From contig NC_045697.1 of the NCBI RefSeq assembly GCF_009834535.1, positions 21,020,001-21,084,000 of the forward strand: a stretch of 64,000 nt of DNA. The letters are read 5' to 3'. Of the stretch, positions 1-13,819 are shown piece by piece. The DNA comes from Camelus ferus. Lineage: Eukaryota. The stretch's first letter is position 1. Every line of letters begins with the position of its first letter. The notes below the pieces were generated by a model. It was not told the DNA's origin. It searched no databases and was given only the letters and a program-made list of their open reading frames with translations. The translations under genes were made by a program, and so were the position numbers.

Positions 1-329
1 TTAGATTATAGCTCATTTATAAGAAAGTTAATGAGATCACAATTAGTCTTTATCTGAGCATGTTAATTTTGTACACATACAAACTCAGCCCCCATCACCC
101 ATTTTTACCAATGTATACCAATGTTCATGAGCAAAATGTGTATCTGTGAAGAGACAACACATAGCCCATAATCTTTTAAGTGAAACCCACATATGCTTTA
201 AAAGGATGGGTCAGTAACTTAAGAAAGAATTGACACAATTTCTAATGTATCTTGTGCTTTTTGTTCTAATTTCTCTTAAAATAATTTAATTTACAAAGTA
301 AAATAATTTACAAAAATAAAATAGTTGTA

Positions 330-2310
330 TATGGTTTGTAATTATTAAAAGTAGTACCTGCTCCCTAACCTCACCATTCCCACTCTTTAGAAGCATGCAT
401 TTTTAACTCATTTAGCTAATTTGTCATCTTCACATTTCTGAATGAATTGCTTCTATTCCAAATATTCTCAAATTTAGATATTCCTTATTAAAAAATACTT
501 TGTCTCCTATGCTTCCCTTCCCTCCAAATTACAAACTTATACAAAAATACTCCTCTCTATATTCCTCTCAAGAATTTTACATACAAAACTTTAGTCAAAT
601 CAATAGTCAGTGTTCACATTATTCTGATGATTCAACTAACTATTCTTTGTTGCTGGCAGAATCAATTCTAAAGATGTTCCCCCAAGATTCCTTTCCTTTG
701 GTTATTCAATAACACACTAATCTAGCTACTGCTGTGAAGTGATTTTGCAGACAAAAAATTAAAGTTGTTAATCAGCTGACCTTAAAAGCAAGGAAATTAT
801 ACTGCATTATTTGGATAGCAGCAAGTAAGTACATGATATTTTAAAATCAGAAGGGGAAGGCAGAAGGCTTACTCAAAGAGACGTAGCAGAAAGGAAGGCA
901 GAATAAATGAGACAGAAGTGAAGGTCAGAGAAATTTAAAGTGTGAGAAGGACTCAACTCACCATTACTGGCTTGACCAAAAGAGGATGAGGAGCCAAGGA
1001 ATGCAGATGGTCTCAAGAAGACGAAAAGAGGACCTATAAAAAGCCCAACAAGGAAATAGGACCTCAGTCTTAAGACCAGCAGAGAACTAAGTTCTACCAA
1101 CAACCAGAGTGAACCTGGAAGCTAATTTCCCCCAACATCCTCCAGGTTAAGTGCTCAGACAAGCCAACAACTTGACTTGAGCCCAGAAAGATCCTAAACA
1201 GATTATTAGGGCCCCATCCTAGTCCAAGCACTCTATTTGCAGAACTGTGATATAATAAATGGGTGTTGTCTTGAGTTGGTAAGTTTGTGGTTATGTGTTA
1301 CAGCAGCAATAGAAATCTGATACATTTATCATTGAGATATATAATATAATATGATTACTCTTCACTTACTAAACCTTCTAAACTCAGATCAGCCCCAAGC
1401 TCAGTTCACCTTTTACACCTGCCGTATGATAATTACCGTGGCCATTTCCTTTATGTTTTTCCCATGCTGGATCTACTGTTTCCCTGGGTCCCAGAATTTC
1501 CTTTTTTCTTTCATTTTTCAACAGCTTCCTAAGAGGGAAAGAGCACTCTAATAGAACTTTGTTTTTGAACATTTGCTTGTGTGAAAATAATTTTGATCAA
1601 CCCATGATAATAAATTGATTGAAAAATTGTCTGGATATAGAATTTTAGCTTGGAAATAATTTCTCTTGAGGATTTTGAAAGGCAGTGTCTAGCCTTGCTC
1701 AAAAGTCCAATGCCATTCTGATGCTGCCTCCTTTATAAAAATTTTTTTTCTCTGACTCTCTCCAAAAGTTTTTCTTTCTTCACTAAGCTATTATTTTCAA
1801 CCCTGGTGTTTGGAAATTTCCTAAACTGTAACTTCCTGTATTGACATTTTCCATTTTGTATAATTACCATTTGGTTAACCCTTTCAATATGGATATTTAT
1901 GTTTATCCATTCTGGGAATTTTTTAAAAATTATTTCTTTTCTACTTTTCTTCTCTAATTTTCTCTGCTCTCTATTTTTAAGTTAATGGAAATTTAGATAA
2001 TCTGGTTTAATACACTAAAATATTTAAAACATTTCTCTTGTATGATGTATATGAGTCTTTTGCTCTGTATTCTTGAAGATTTTTCTCAAGCTTATCTTAG
2101 AAATCCTCCTTTGTCATTTATATTTCTGCTGTCATGTTTTAGATCTCCAGAAGTTTCCATTTTATGCATAGTTATGGTTTCTTATTTTCTGAATGTTTCC
2201 TTTATATAAAATCTGGTTCTTGTGTTATTGTGAAAATATGTTCTCCCATATCTCTAAAAAGATGTTATAAAGTATTGTACTGAATTTTTCTTTTGTTCTC
2301 CTTGATTTTC
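330..2310 (-). mobile_element. Old, degraded LINE-1 fragments (L1M/L1ME-like), interrupted by an MLT1 LTR
   Basis: T-rich decayed sequence with antisense-L1 phrases (ggatatagaattttagcttggaaataattt..., aagtccaatgccattctgatg); boundaries approximate. Confidence 0.5.
648..1324 (+). mobile_element. MaLR solo LTR (MLT1D/E-like)
   Basis: gagccaaggaatgcagatggtctc core; 3' end cagaactgtgatataataaatgggtgttg...gttacagcagcaatagaaatctgataca. Confidence 0.8.
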
Positions 2311-5300
2311 CCTTCCTATGGTAATAACTGTAGTATAATTTTCTATAGAAATGGTGGAAATCATTTCAGCCTTATTTTGCTTTCATTGTTGATAGAAATG
2401 TATTTTTTGAGTATTCATAGTTGGAATGCATAAAACATGTGACCATAGGCAGTCATTTTTTATGTTTATAGAAAAACATAGAAATTTTGATAAATGTATG
2501 TGCACATTTTATACTTTAAAACAAGATATATGATGTAATTATAATTGATGATGCTTCATTATCAAGTATTTTACTGAAATGAGAAAACTTCCATTTTGAA
2601 CAAACAATGATAAGAAGCAACTTTCCCCTATGTCTAATAATTGGATGGTCAACACTGGTTATGAGTTCTATATATCTGAACTGTTTCTCCTCCATTACCT
2701 ACTTGCTTATAGTATTGACATCATTGGAAGCATTTGAATTATATTACCTCTGGCTCTGTACTTTATTACCATGCTTGGTGAGTCAGCTCCATGGGTATTA
2801 CCAATATTCCTGGAAGTCAGTTCTATATCAGGGCAGCTAGCAGTAATTTAACCCTACACAAGCATACCAGAAACCACAAACCTATAATCTCTCTAAACTT
2901 ACACCAAACGTATTCTAAAATTGTCTTCTTTGATTTAGATCCAAGAAACACCTGCAAATCCTTAAATGCTACCTAATGGTAGGGAGTCTAGGATGAAGGT
3001 GAAGTTAAAGTGAAAAGAGACGATGGTCTTACCTAATTTAAGCTATATATTTAATGCTGAAAATCTTGCCAAAATATATGTCCATTTGAACACATTTCTG
3101 GGTTCCTCCCAAGGCCTTGGAAGGAGGCCACGTAAGTGAGGGGCCCTTAAGATTAAGCTTTATAAGCTTCATGACAAATCTACGTCTGCAATGAATTTGC
3201 TTTGGGTACCCATCCAGGAAACTGATTGGAAGTATAGATTTTGCCCTTGAAAGCGTATGAAGTAGATCAGGATTGTACATTAAATAAATCAACTTCAAGT
3301 CAACCCTGTACCTAAACCTGAAAATCCACTCTGCTATGCAGTCCAGATGGAATCCAAGTGCATTATCCAGTGCAGCCTATTAGAAGTAAAGCAATGAGGT
3401 AAAACTTCAGCATTATAGAAATGCTTTAAACTTGAATGCTAACCTATTTCCACTGTGAAATATATAGAAAAAATTAAAAGTTAAAAATTAAATTATTTTG
3501 CAAGTTAAAGTTCAAATAATTCTTCTGAAATTAAATCCTAAGTTATATTACCTCATGCTTAAGAAACGAACTCCAAAAAATATTAAAGAGAAAGTGCTAT
3601 CTTTTACAACTTCTATTTCTGTCAAATCTCGTTTAAAAGGGATTCGAATCCTCAGGCAGAAATTTGCTGCCTCTGGGATGTGGAGCTTGGACTATCTTTC
3701 ACTAAAAAGAGCAGCTAACTCAAGAAACCCAGTGTTTTGTTAAATAAAGTCAAGGTCTTTTACAAACTTTACTTTTAAATAGTAGAAAAGGTTACTAGTT
3801 CATATGATGTTGCAAAGCATTGGCCGTATATACAACCCATTTAGAAAAAAATGAAGTCCTTGCTCTTGGAGCAATCATTCAAAGTAATATTAAGTTCTCA
3901 GAACTCAGTACTGAGAGTTGCCAAAGTGCAAGGCAATGATTCAGTCATATTGAAGTGTAAAGAGGCAGACGAAAAAATGTAGGTTTCAGCTTTAGCAGAT
4001 ATTGGTCAATGTGTGCCAATTGCCAAGAACCCATGGCTTCAGATTTTAACTCACTGCAGAATATTCTTAGTGAGAGATCATTAAAGGTCTTTTTGTGTTC
4101 ACTATGTCATTCTGGGGAAGCGTGGAATGAAATGGGGAATGTACCTGTAAAAACCAGCTTCAGTATTACAGGGTGATAGTCTAATTGTTGGTACATTTTT
4201 GAAAAGTTCTGAATGTATTATTGACTGCAACCCCAGGGCTTACTACAGCTGACTCTTTTTTTTTTTTTTTTTCACACAGCTTATTTAAAATTCATCAGGA
4301 ATTTTCCCTGTGACGTGCATATTTCTGGCACTCCATTGCTGATTGTTGTTGTTAGAATTGTTAGTAACGTATCATCTACACTTCACTCTTAGAAGACATT
4401 TTTACTAATGTGCCACAGTGGCTATTTCTACTACCTTTTACCATAGAATGACTGACTTAGGCTGAAGAAAACTGCCTATTGGGAGACGTAATTAATTTAC
4501 AGAAGTTGATGTAGAGCTGGCTATCAGGTTTAACACTAATAATCTATACTGCTTTGTAGGACACATGAAAATCAGCAGCTTTGCAATAAAAAAAAACATA
4601 TAATTCTGTACACCCATATTTTAAAGTGTCTAATTTGTTTCAACCTAGGCTAAAATTCCAGGGAATAACACACATTTTCTTTTCCATGAAATCAGGAGAA
4701 AAAAATATTTTTATTGACAATGTCTCTTTACAGCTCATAACTTATAAAAGCCACATTTCCTATCCTGAAAAGAAGTGAAAATAGGGTGCAGAGAGACAAA
4801 GTGTTGTGCCAGTGAAACTCTCCACCAAGAAAGAAGTATGAGGAAAAGTGAAGAAACAACAGTTCTCCTGTGAGTTGTCCTTTAACCCCTGGTAATTTAT
4901 TCATATTTAAGAAATCACCCAAAAGGTAAATGGATGCTTTGGTTGCTTTGAGATGAGATTGTTTCTTTTATACAGTGTCTCAGTCATTTTATTTTAGGAT
5001 GCACAAATTATCTGATTTTTTGGATCATTTTTCTTAGGTCAATACATTGCTTCAGAATGTACTCTTCTAGTTTCTTATCTTGGGTATAATTCTGTATGTT
5101 ATTGTCCTGGGATATGAGAAGGAAAATTGGAATGGGGATTATCATTATTCAGAAAATAATACCGTGTTCCAGTCTCATGCATTGATGTCATTCTTGGTGA
5201 TGCCAGGTGTTCTCTAAGTTTCCATCTCTAGTTTAAATTAGCTGAAGAAGAAATTTTCCCCCACCTTGTCAGAAGAGACCTAGAAGCTTGACGTCATGCA

Positions 5301-5687
5301 GAAAGAATGTTTTGAACATTCAATTGTGTATTTTCTTATATACAATTGTATTGTAAAATTGTAGTGTGACTCCCATTCTTTTCAGCCTCCCTACATTCAT
5401 AATATCTACCTTCCAAAGTACTGGTGCTTCTAAATCTGGAGGCTTTGAGGCTTCTATAGAAAATTTCCTTGTATCTTTTTGCATCCTACCTCACAGGCAG
5501 TTGAACTTAATCATTTTATGCTCTATTGAGTTTATTATTACACATCTGTTTACTTTCCAGTGTTCATAGTTTTGCTAACATTGCTCACCAACTACGCCTC
5601 CATAATTTTCTTCTGTTCTTGTTGGACTTACACTTTTTTTTTGGATGGAGACAAACTAAACGTTTTCAATCAAACTACTATGGGCAT

Positions 5688-6048
5688 TATAAACTAAATT
5701 ATGTCTTCCCCAAAATTGTAAATCAAAGCCCTAACCCTAATGTGACTATATCTGGAGATAAGACCTTTAAGATGGAAATTAAGGTTAAATGAGGTTGTAA
5801 GGTGAGAATCTAACCCAATAGGACTGATGTTCTGACAAGAAAAGGAAGATATGGAGAAGATGTCATGTGAGGATATAGGGAGAAATTGGCTGTCTATAAG
5901 CCAAAGAGAGAGGCCTTATCAAAAACCAACTCTGTTGGCACCTTGATCCTGGATTTACAGCCTATAGACCTGTGAGAAAATAAGTTTCTGTTGTGTAAGT
6001 CACCCAGTCTGTGCTATTTCATAATGGCAACCCTACCAGAATAATATA
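5688..6048 (+). mobile_element. MaLR solo LTR (MLT1A/B-like)
   Basis: aatgtgactatatctggagataagacctttaag...ggcaccttgatcctggatttacagcc...gtgagaaaataagtttctgttgtgtaagtcacccagtctgtg. Confidence 0.85.
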
Positions 6049-8446
6049 ATTGGTCATTAGATATCACACAGTTTCTTAGCAAATTAAGTATCTCATTCAA
6101 TTCTTCTCAAGCATAGTTGGGGAATTCTTCCATCTCATTCATCATATTATAATTAGTTTGAAACACTAGACAATTTATAAAGGACTGTCCAGATTTTTAT
6201 CAACACTCATCATTTTTATGCTTATTTGTCAAGTCTGCATCTTCTCTTGAAAGCAAGCTGTTCTGTGTTTTAATGTTTACTTATGGATCTTTGACAAAGC
6301 AGCCTTAAGTCATCCAAAGTTGATCATGCAGGTGCTCTTCTCAGATATCCTACTCCATTCTAGAAGTCCAATGAAGTCAAGGGTTAGGGTTCCCTTCCTG
6401 AGATCATCAGAACCCTAATTTCACCTTCAGTTATGAGGTTCTAATCCTTCTCTTGTTAACATTTTTCCTCTTTTGTTTCCCTCCCTCAAATCCATTCACC
6501 ACCTCTTTATGTCAACTTGTGTCAGGTAGAACAATGCCAGAAAAATAATTGGGTCAGAGGTTGCAAACAAAGTGTATGTTTTGAATTTCTTCTGTAGATT
6601 TTATTTTATATGTATTTAATTATGACCAACACTGTATTTTATTAATTAAATCAAGTTTTAAAATGATAGATTTTGAATTCCCTTGAGAAATTTGTAGATC
6701 TAGCAACATAAACTAGTAATATATCTACTAGAGATAAGTAGTATTGCCAACTTTTATGTGAACTACAAGCATGTCCTTCATACAATAGTTGTGTGTATAC
6801 TTTCAGTTAGTCTGCTTTGATCACATATCTTTCTGTGTCATCTTTACACACCTCTGGGTTTACAAAATAAATTTTTTATCAAAAAATATTAATAGGTAGA
6901 AGGGCTACCACAGATTTGTACAGATTGAGCACCAAACAACCCTAGATCATGTAGCACACTGAGATTATTAAGTGGGTGACACTGCCTAGGTTAATGTATT
7001 GACAACTAGTACAATTATAGGTACTAATACTTAGACCTAGTTTTCCTCTGTCAAAATTTGTTTTTGCCCTTGAAACACAAATATCTTTAAGGCAAGGGGA
7101 CACAAATTCCTCTTTACCTCTTTAGAAATGAAGAGGGGAAAAGTATAGGGCAGCAAAACAAACTAAATTATTCTGTCACAGTCATATATGAGGCTGAATA
7201 CAATATATTATCCATGAGAGTGAAATATTTAAATATTGCAAAAATTAAAAATACCTGTAAAGGTACATGAGGCAGTTACAGAATTATCTAGCCAGAGTAG
7301 TAGTCTAAATAAAACATTGAAAAACTATGACAGCCAGTGTAGTGAAGAGAACAGGACTGAGAGCTGGGAGCTCATAGTTCTTGTTCTTAATCTTCCTAGA
7401 ATGTACCACTCATCTGCTAAAAGAGAGTTTAAACTAAATGATTATTAACTCAATTTATGTTCAGATTATTTGATTATAATAAGTAGTACAAATCTTTCAA
7501 TTCCTAAGTTCCAAAGAATGTAGCATTGATAGTGAATACTCTTTTATAATTGTTTTTAAAAGAAGCTTTCAGCGGAATGGTGTTTGTGCTCAGAGCAATC
7601 TTATACTGACTTATTTCACTTGTATTCTCATTTGTGATAGAAAAGTCTTTGGTTTGCCTTTTTTTTTTTTTTTCCTGGAAGCCATGGTAGATTTAATTTC
7701 CCTTTAAGCAGTAGAGTAATAACACACTCTCCTTCACCCCACAGCTTGAACAGATTGAGAGTTTTAATGGGGAAAACATCAGTGCAGGTAGGGAAAGCCC
7801 AGGAGGCTCCGGGAAATGGGACTTAAATTTAGTAAGTAAGAGAAATATAACAGTGGTATGAGTTCTACTGTTTTGTTTCCAGGGAAAATCCATTCTTTCT
7901 ACATTCTCACTTCTTCCTCCTACCTTTTATTTTCAGTCTTGTTTTTATTTCCCTGAGCCCTTATCCATTCAACACTCAGGGGACTAAGTACAGATAGCCA
8001 CATGCTATGTTCCTTCCATCTAAGCCTCTCTTTGCAGATTAATTCTTTATCTTTTTTAAAAAAAAAACAGTTTCTAAGTACATTCTTTGAGACATATTTC
8101 ATTTCTAGGAGTTTTTACAGGTAAGTTAAAATCATAATTGTCCAACATCTTAAAGGGGCAATTAAGACACATTTTGATGCACTATATTTGACAATCTCCA
8201 TTAAATTCTTCAATACTTTATTAAGTACCCATTACACAATTGAGAGCAACAGGAGAAAAAGAAAAGAGCACTATAAAACCTAAGATCAACCAAGATAAAG
8301 TGTAAGCAGGAAAAGACATCATTTTGATGAGATGCTGATAGTATCTCTGTGTCTGGACTGTATGTTCCAAGGGAACTAGGAAGATAAATAAAAACAGATC
8401 TAGTGGAGATTCTATTCAAGAACCATGAGTTCAGGGAAGCATTGAT

Positions 8447-9512
8447 TTGAAGAAGAGCAGAATACACAAACCACTCCAAATTATGACTCTTAAGCATAAG
8501 GATTATTTTTGAGAAGTAGCAGACAGAGGAAAAAGCTCTGAAACTAAGTAGAAGTTACCCTTTTGTAATAGATATTTACATATATAAGAAAAATCTCCAT
8601 TTGTAAGGCTGTCTCTAAGTACCAGGAATAGGAGGAAGTCTAAATCTCTAAAGCTTCTTACCAGTTGAGAAGGAAAAGTCTTCTTAAAAAACATATTTTT
8701 TATCAAAGTATAGTCAGTTTACAATGTTGTGTCAGTTTCTGGTGTGCAGCATACTTCAGTAATATAGGAACAAATGTATATTCATTTTCATATTCTTTTT
8801 CACCATAAGTTACTACAACATATTGAATATAGTTCCTTGTGCTATACAGTATCAACATGTTGTTTTTCTATTTTATGTATATTAGTTAGTATCTTCAAAT
8901 CTCAAACTCCCAATTTATCTCTTCCTACCCTCTTCCTCCCTGGTAACCATAAGTTTGTTTTCTATGTCTGTAAGTCTGCTTCTGTTTTGTAAATAAGTTC
9001 ATTTGTCTTTTTTAAATACCACATATAAGTGATATCATATGGTATTTTTCTTTCTATTTCTGGCTTACTTCACTTATAATGACCTTCTCCAGGTCCATCC
9101 ATGTAGCTGCAAATGGCATTATTTTATTATTTTTTATAGCTGAGTAGTATTTCACTGTATAAATATACCACAATTTCTTTATCCGGTTATCTATAGATGG
9201 ACATTTAGGTTGCTTCCATGTCTTGGCTATTGTAAATAATGCTGCTATGAACGTTAGGGTTCAAAGTCTTAAATCTACATAATAACCATACCCTTGACTA
9301 CCATGCTTTGCCAAATAACCTCCCATAAGCGGCCTCTTCCTTCCCCCAAGATCTTCTTTTGCTAGAGTTGATATTTAAGGTGATGGCTTGGACCAGTTTT
9401 TGGAGTTTCTCAGTTTTACTGAGTCTCTTCCATGGATACAGAAGATATTCATGTTATTAAATCTTTTTTTTTTTCTCATTAATTTGTCTTTTATTACAGG
9501 GTAATTTCAGCC
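8447..9512 (+). mobile_element. ERV LTR fragment split by an L1 3' end insertion
   Basis: LTR-like sequence 8447-8682 resumes at 9263 after the duplicated aaagtctt; attaaa poly(A) signal near 9456. Confidence 0.55.
8683..9262 (-). mobile_element. 5'-truncated LINE-1 3' end (artiodactyl-type)
   Basis: aagtatagtcagtttacaatgttgtg...ggacatttaggttgcttccatgtcttggctattgtaaataatgctgctatgaac; 8-bp TSD AAAGTCTT at 8675-8682 and 9263-9270. Confidence 0.9.
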
Positions 9513-10241
9513 ATCTGATCTTAGAGAAAAAGCTTTCAGTCTTTCATCACTTAAATACTCATCATTATGATATATATATATTTTTAATTTATGGCTCTTA
9601 TATGAAAATAGTTTCCTTCTATTCCTATTTTTTAAATTTTTTATCATGAAAAGGTGTTGAATTTTGTTAAATTATTTTTCTGCCTCAATTGAGATGATCA
9701 TCTGTTTTTTCCCTTCATTCTGTTAATGTGTTGTTGTATTAATTAATTTTGTATGTTGAAACATCTTTGCATGCCAAGAATAAATTCCACTAGATCATGG
9801 TGTATAATCTTTTTAATATGCTACTGAATTGGACTTGCTAGCATTTTCTTGAGAACTTTTGCACAGTGTTCAGAGGGGATACTGGTCCATAGTTTTGTTG
9901 CCTTGTAGATTCTTTGTCTGGCTTTGATAGCAAAGTATTGATGACCTCATAGAATGAGTTAGAATGTGTTCTTTATCCTTCAGTTTTTAGGAAAATCTTG
10001 AGAAAAATTGGTATTAATTCTTCTTGAATATTTGATAGAACTCACCAGTGAAATGATTTGGTCCAGAGATTTTTCTTTGTTGAGGGATTTTTGAAAACTG
10101 ATTCAATTATTTACTAGTTTTAGGACTATTCAGATTTTCCATTTCATGATTTAGTCTTGGTAGGTTTTGTGTTTCTGAGAACTTTTCCTTTTAATGTAGG
10201 TTATCCAATATGTTGGCAAATAATTTTTCCTAGAACTCTTC

Positions 10242-10317
10242 TATATATATGTATATATATATAAACATATATACATATATATAATATATATATATAAACA
10301 CACACATATATATATAT
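10242..10317. repeat. (TA)n-rich microsatellite
   Basis: Direct reading. Confidence 0.9.
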
Positions 10318-12274
10318 TTCTGTTGAATCAGTAATAATGCCTACATTTCTATTTCTGAATTAAGCAATTTGAGTCTTTCCTCCTTTTTTTTATTTTTAGT
10401 CAATCTAGGTAAAGTTTTGTTAATTTTTGTTGATCTTTCTGTCTCTTGTAAACTTTTTTTAATTTAAAGTCTATTTTGTCAGATATTAGTGCAGCTATTT
10501 CAATCTCTTTTGGTTACTATTTGCATAGAATATCTTTTTCCATCCTTTCACTTTCAAATTATTTGTGTATTAGGATCAAAATGAGTCTCTTGTAGACAGC
10601 ATGTATTTGGGTTATGTGTTTTCATCCATTTTGTCAATTTCTGTCTTTTGATTGGAGAATTTGATCTATTTAAATTTAAAGTAATTACTGATAAAGGGAG
10701 GCTTACTTCTCTTATTTTGCTATTTGTTTTCTATTTGCTTTATAGCTTTTTTGTCCATCATATTCTATCTTACTGTCTTCTTTTGTAATCCACTTTAATA
10801 TTTTGTAGCAAAATATTGAAATTTTTCCCATTTCCTTTTGTGTATTTTTATGACTATTTTCTTTGTGATTGCCTTGGAGATTATATTTAACATTCTAAAA
10901 TTATAAAACTTTTATTTGAATTTATACCAGCTTAACTTCAATAACATACAAAATCTCTGCTCATTTACAGCTCTGTACCTAACCCTTTTGCTTGTTGATG
11001 TCACAACATTATGTCTTTGTACATTGTGTGTCCCAAAACATAAACTAATACTTCTTTTAAATGCAGTTGTCTCTTAAGTTATGTAGAAACCAAGATTTGG
11101 TGTACACAATAATGTTACAGTAATACTAGCTTTTAGATTAAAATTATTATTTATCTTTAAATATGCTAAATCATGTAGAGAACAAAAATTGCAATATGAA
11201 CTATCAATGCAGCAATACTATCTTTTATGATCTTCTATGTATTTATTTTTATTAAGATCTTTATACACACACATCATGTTACTCTCTAGTGTCCTTTTAT
11301 TTCATCTTGCAGTACTCTCTTGAGCACTTTTTGCAAGCAGATCTGGTGGTAACAAAAATCCCTAAGTTTTTATTTATGTGAGAATGTCTTAATTTCTCCC
11401 ACACTTCTCAAGGACAGTTTTGCCGCATATAAGATTCTTGGTTGATAGCCTTTGTTTGAGCACTTTGAATATATTAGTGCACTGCCTCTGGCCTCCAAAA
11501 TTTCTAATGAGAAATCTGTTGATAATCCTGTTGAGAAACACTTGCATATGATGATTTACTTTTGCTGTTTAAAGATTTTTCTCTTTGTCTTTTGAAAATT
11601 AAATTATAATGTGTCTTAGAATGAGCCTCTTTAAATCATCTTTGGTTTCATTGAGTTTCTTAAATGTTTATATTCATGTCTTTCAACAAATTTGGAAATA
11701 TTTCAGCCATTATTCCTTCAGATTTTCACTCTGCCTCACTCTCTCTCAGACTCATTCTGGGACTCCCACAATATATATGTTAGTTCTTTTAATGGTCCCC
11801 AGAAGTCACAAAGGCTCTGTTTATTTTTCTTTAATCTTTCTTCTTTCTGTTCCTGAGATTTGATCATTTCTATTGTCTTATCTTTAAGTTTGCTGATTTT
11901 CTTCTGCCTGCTCAAGTCATCCTATGAATTCTTCTGATAAATTTTTATTTCAGTTATAAATTTTAGCTCCAGAATTTTTTTAGATTTTTTAATCTCTTTA
12001 TTGATTTTTGCTTTTTGTTCAACCTTTCTTTGTAACTTCATTCACATCTTCCTTTAGTTCTTTGAGCATCTTTAAGATAGTTGCTTTAAAGACTTTATTT
12101 ATCAGATCTGCTATCAGATCTTTTTCAAGACTGTTGCTGTTGGTTTATTTTTCTTCCTTGCAGTAATACATATTTTCCTGTTTCTTTGTATGGATCTTGT
12201 GTGTGTGTGAAAATCTCATAATGTTGCAACTCTGGAAATCAGATTATCCTACTTCCACAGGGTTTATTGTTTTC

Positions 12275-12276
<2 letters not shown>

Positions 12277-12318
<42 letters not shown>

Positions 12319-12353
12319 TTCATTCATTCATTCATTCATTCATTCATTCATTC
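12277..12353. repeat. Compound (ATTT)n(CATT)n tetranucleotide microsatellite
   Basis: Direct reading. Confidence 0.95.
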
Positions 12354-13235
12354 ACTTGTTGTAGGCTGTTTTTGTGCTGAAGATAATTCTGAGTATAAAT
12401 TTAAGGTCTTCCCAGGTCTTTATAAGATTTCTCTGGGCATGTGTTATTACGTTCTAATTTCTTCCATGTATGCAATTGTTTTGAATACTGTGGTTCTTAA
12501 TGTCTGACTCTTAAAGAATATAAGGCAAAGATGAAAGAGAAGGGTTAAGATGTTGGTCTTTTAAATTCCCTGTAAATCTATTCAGTCATAAGCAGAGGGA
12601 CCTGAAACAATGGAGGAAGGTGTGACAACAATTCCCTGCCTTTGTCTGCACCTCTGTTATCAGAAGTAGCAATCAGTGATGAGAGTATAAATCCCTTTTA
12701 TTTAGAAAACAGAGCTCTTTTTCTCCATCCTGACTTCCACAATCTATATGTGTGAACAGCAGCTCGTCATGTGGCTAGAGGTAGAGGATCAATAGCTGCT
12801 ATTCTGCTAAAAGCTAAAATTCATGGAAATTAATCATAATTTATTTATGGTCCAAATATTACTCTGGAGGTTGTAAGTCTTCAGTAGACTCCAGAGTTCC
12901 AAAATGGTTCCATCAGATTGATCCTACAGGTGTAATTTTTGTCTAGGTGGGGAGACAGATTCTTCTTGCCTCCTAATCTGTCATCTTCTTAAAGCCCTTT
13001 AATATAGTTTCTTATAAGAAAATATTATTCTGTTTTGCTTTGTAGATTCTGAACTATTTCCAAAAATTCTAATTAAATATGATCCTTCTATCTATGAATT
13101 TCTATATAACTAACTCAATTTGCCTAATTTGAATGGCATTTGACACTGTCTGCCATGAATTAATTTCATTTTTGTCTCAGTCCTTCTTATGAGCTCCATA
13201 TAAGCAGAGAAAATAGCATTTTCTTTATAGCAGAT

Positions 13236-13700
13236 GTAGTAGATTAAATAATGGCCCCCCAAATTAATTTACATTCTAAACTTTGGGCTTGTGAACACTA
13301 CCTGATATGACAGCAAAGACTTTGCAGATGTGATTAAGAACTTAACAGGAATATTATCCTGGATTATCTAAGTGAGCCATAAATACAACCACATACATCC
13401 TTTATAAAATTGGCAGCAGAGATATATTTGACTACACAGAAGAGAAGGGTAGTGTGACTGCAGAGATTTTAATGATGCAGCTGTAATTCAAGTAATGCTG
13501 GAAGTCACAAGAAGTTGAAAGAGGCAAGGAACAGAATCCATCCCCAGAGCCTCTGAAGACTATTTGACCCCACCAAAATATTGACTGTGGCCCAGTGATA
13601 CTGATTTCAGAATTTTGGCCTTCATAATTGTAAGAGAAAGCATTTCTGTTGTTCCTTGTCCACGAAGTTTGTGGTCATTTTTTAATAGTCAAAAAAATGT
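13236..13700 (+). mobile_element. MaLR solo LTR (MLT1C/D-like)
   Basis: tgtagtagattaaataatggcccccc...gactttgcagatgtgattaag...gaggcaaggaacagaatc...cagagcctc. Confidence 0.85.
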
Positions 13701-13819
13701 AACTAAGTGTTAGGCAAAAATCTTTTTTTTTTTTTTTTTTTGGTTTTGTTTCAGTGGGTGAATGTTCTTTAGAATACTATCTTTAGATGTTCTTTAGAAT
13801 ACTATCTAGAAGCCATTTC

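Larger units (their letters stand above)
9513..13000 (-). mobile_element. Old LINE-1 (L1M-class): decayed ORF2, ORF1 and 5' region with an internal deletion
   Basis: Antisense ORF2 phrases (cctcatagaatgagttagaa, tagaactcaccagtgaa, gagtctcttgtagacagcat); abrupt jump near 10440. Confidence 0.8.

Noticed and set aside
13762..13807. 21-bp direct repeat; similar short duplications at 30770-30797 and 55369-55440
   Set aside because: Two or three copies with no spacers; ordinary slippage duplications, not CRISPR-like
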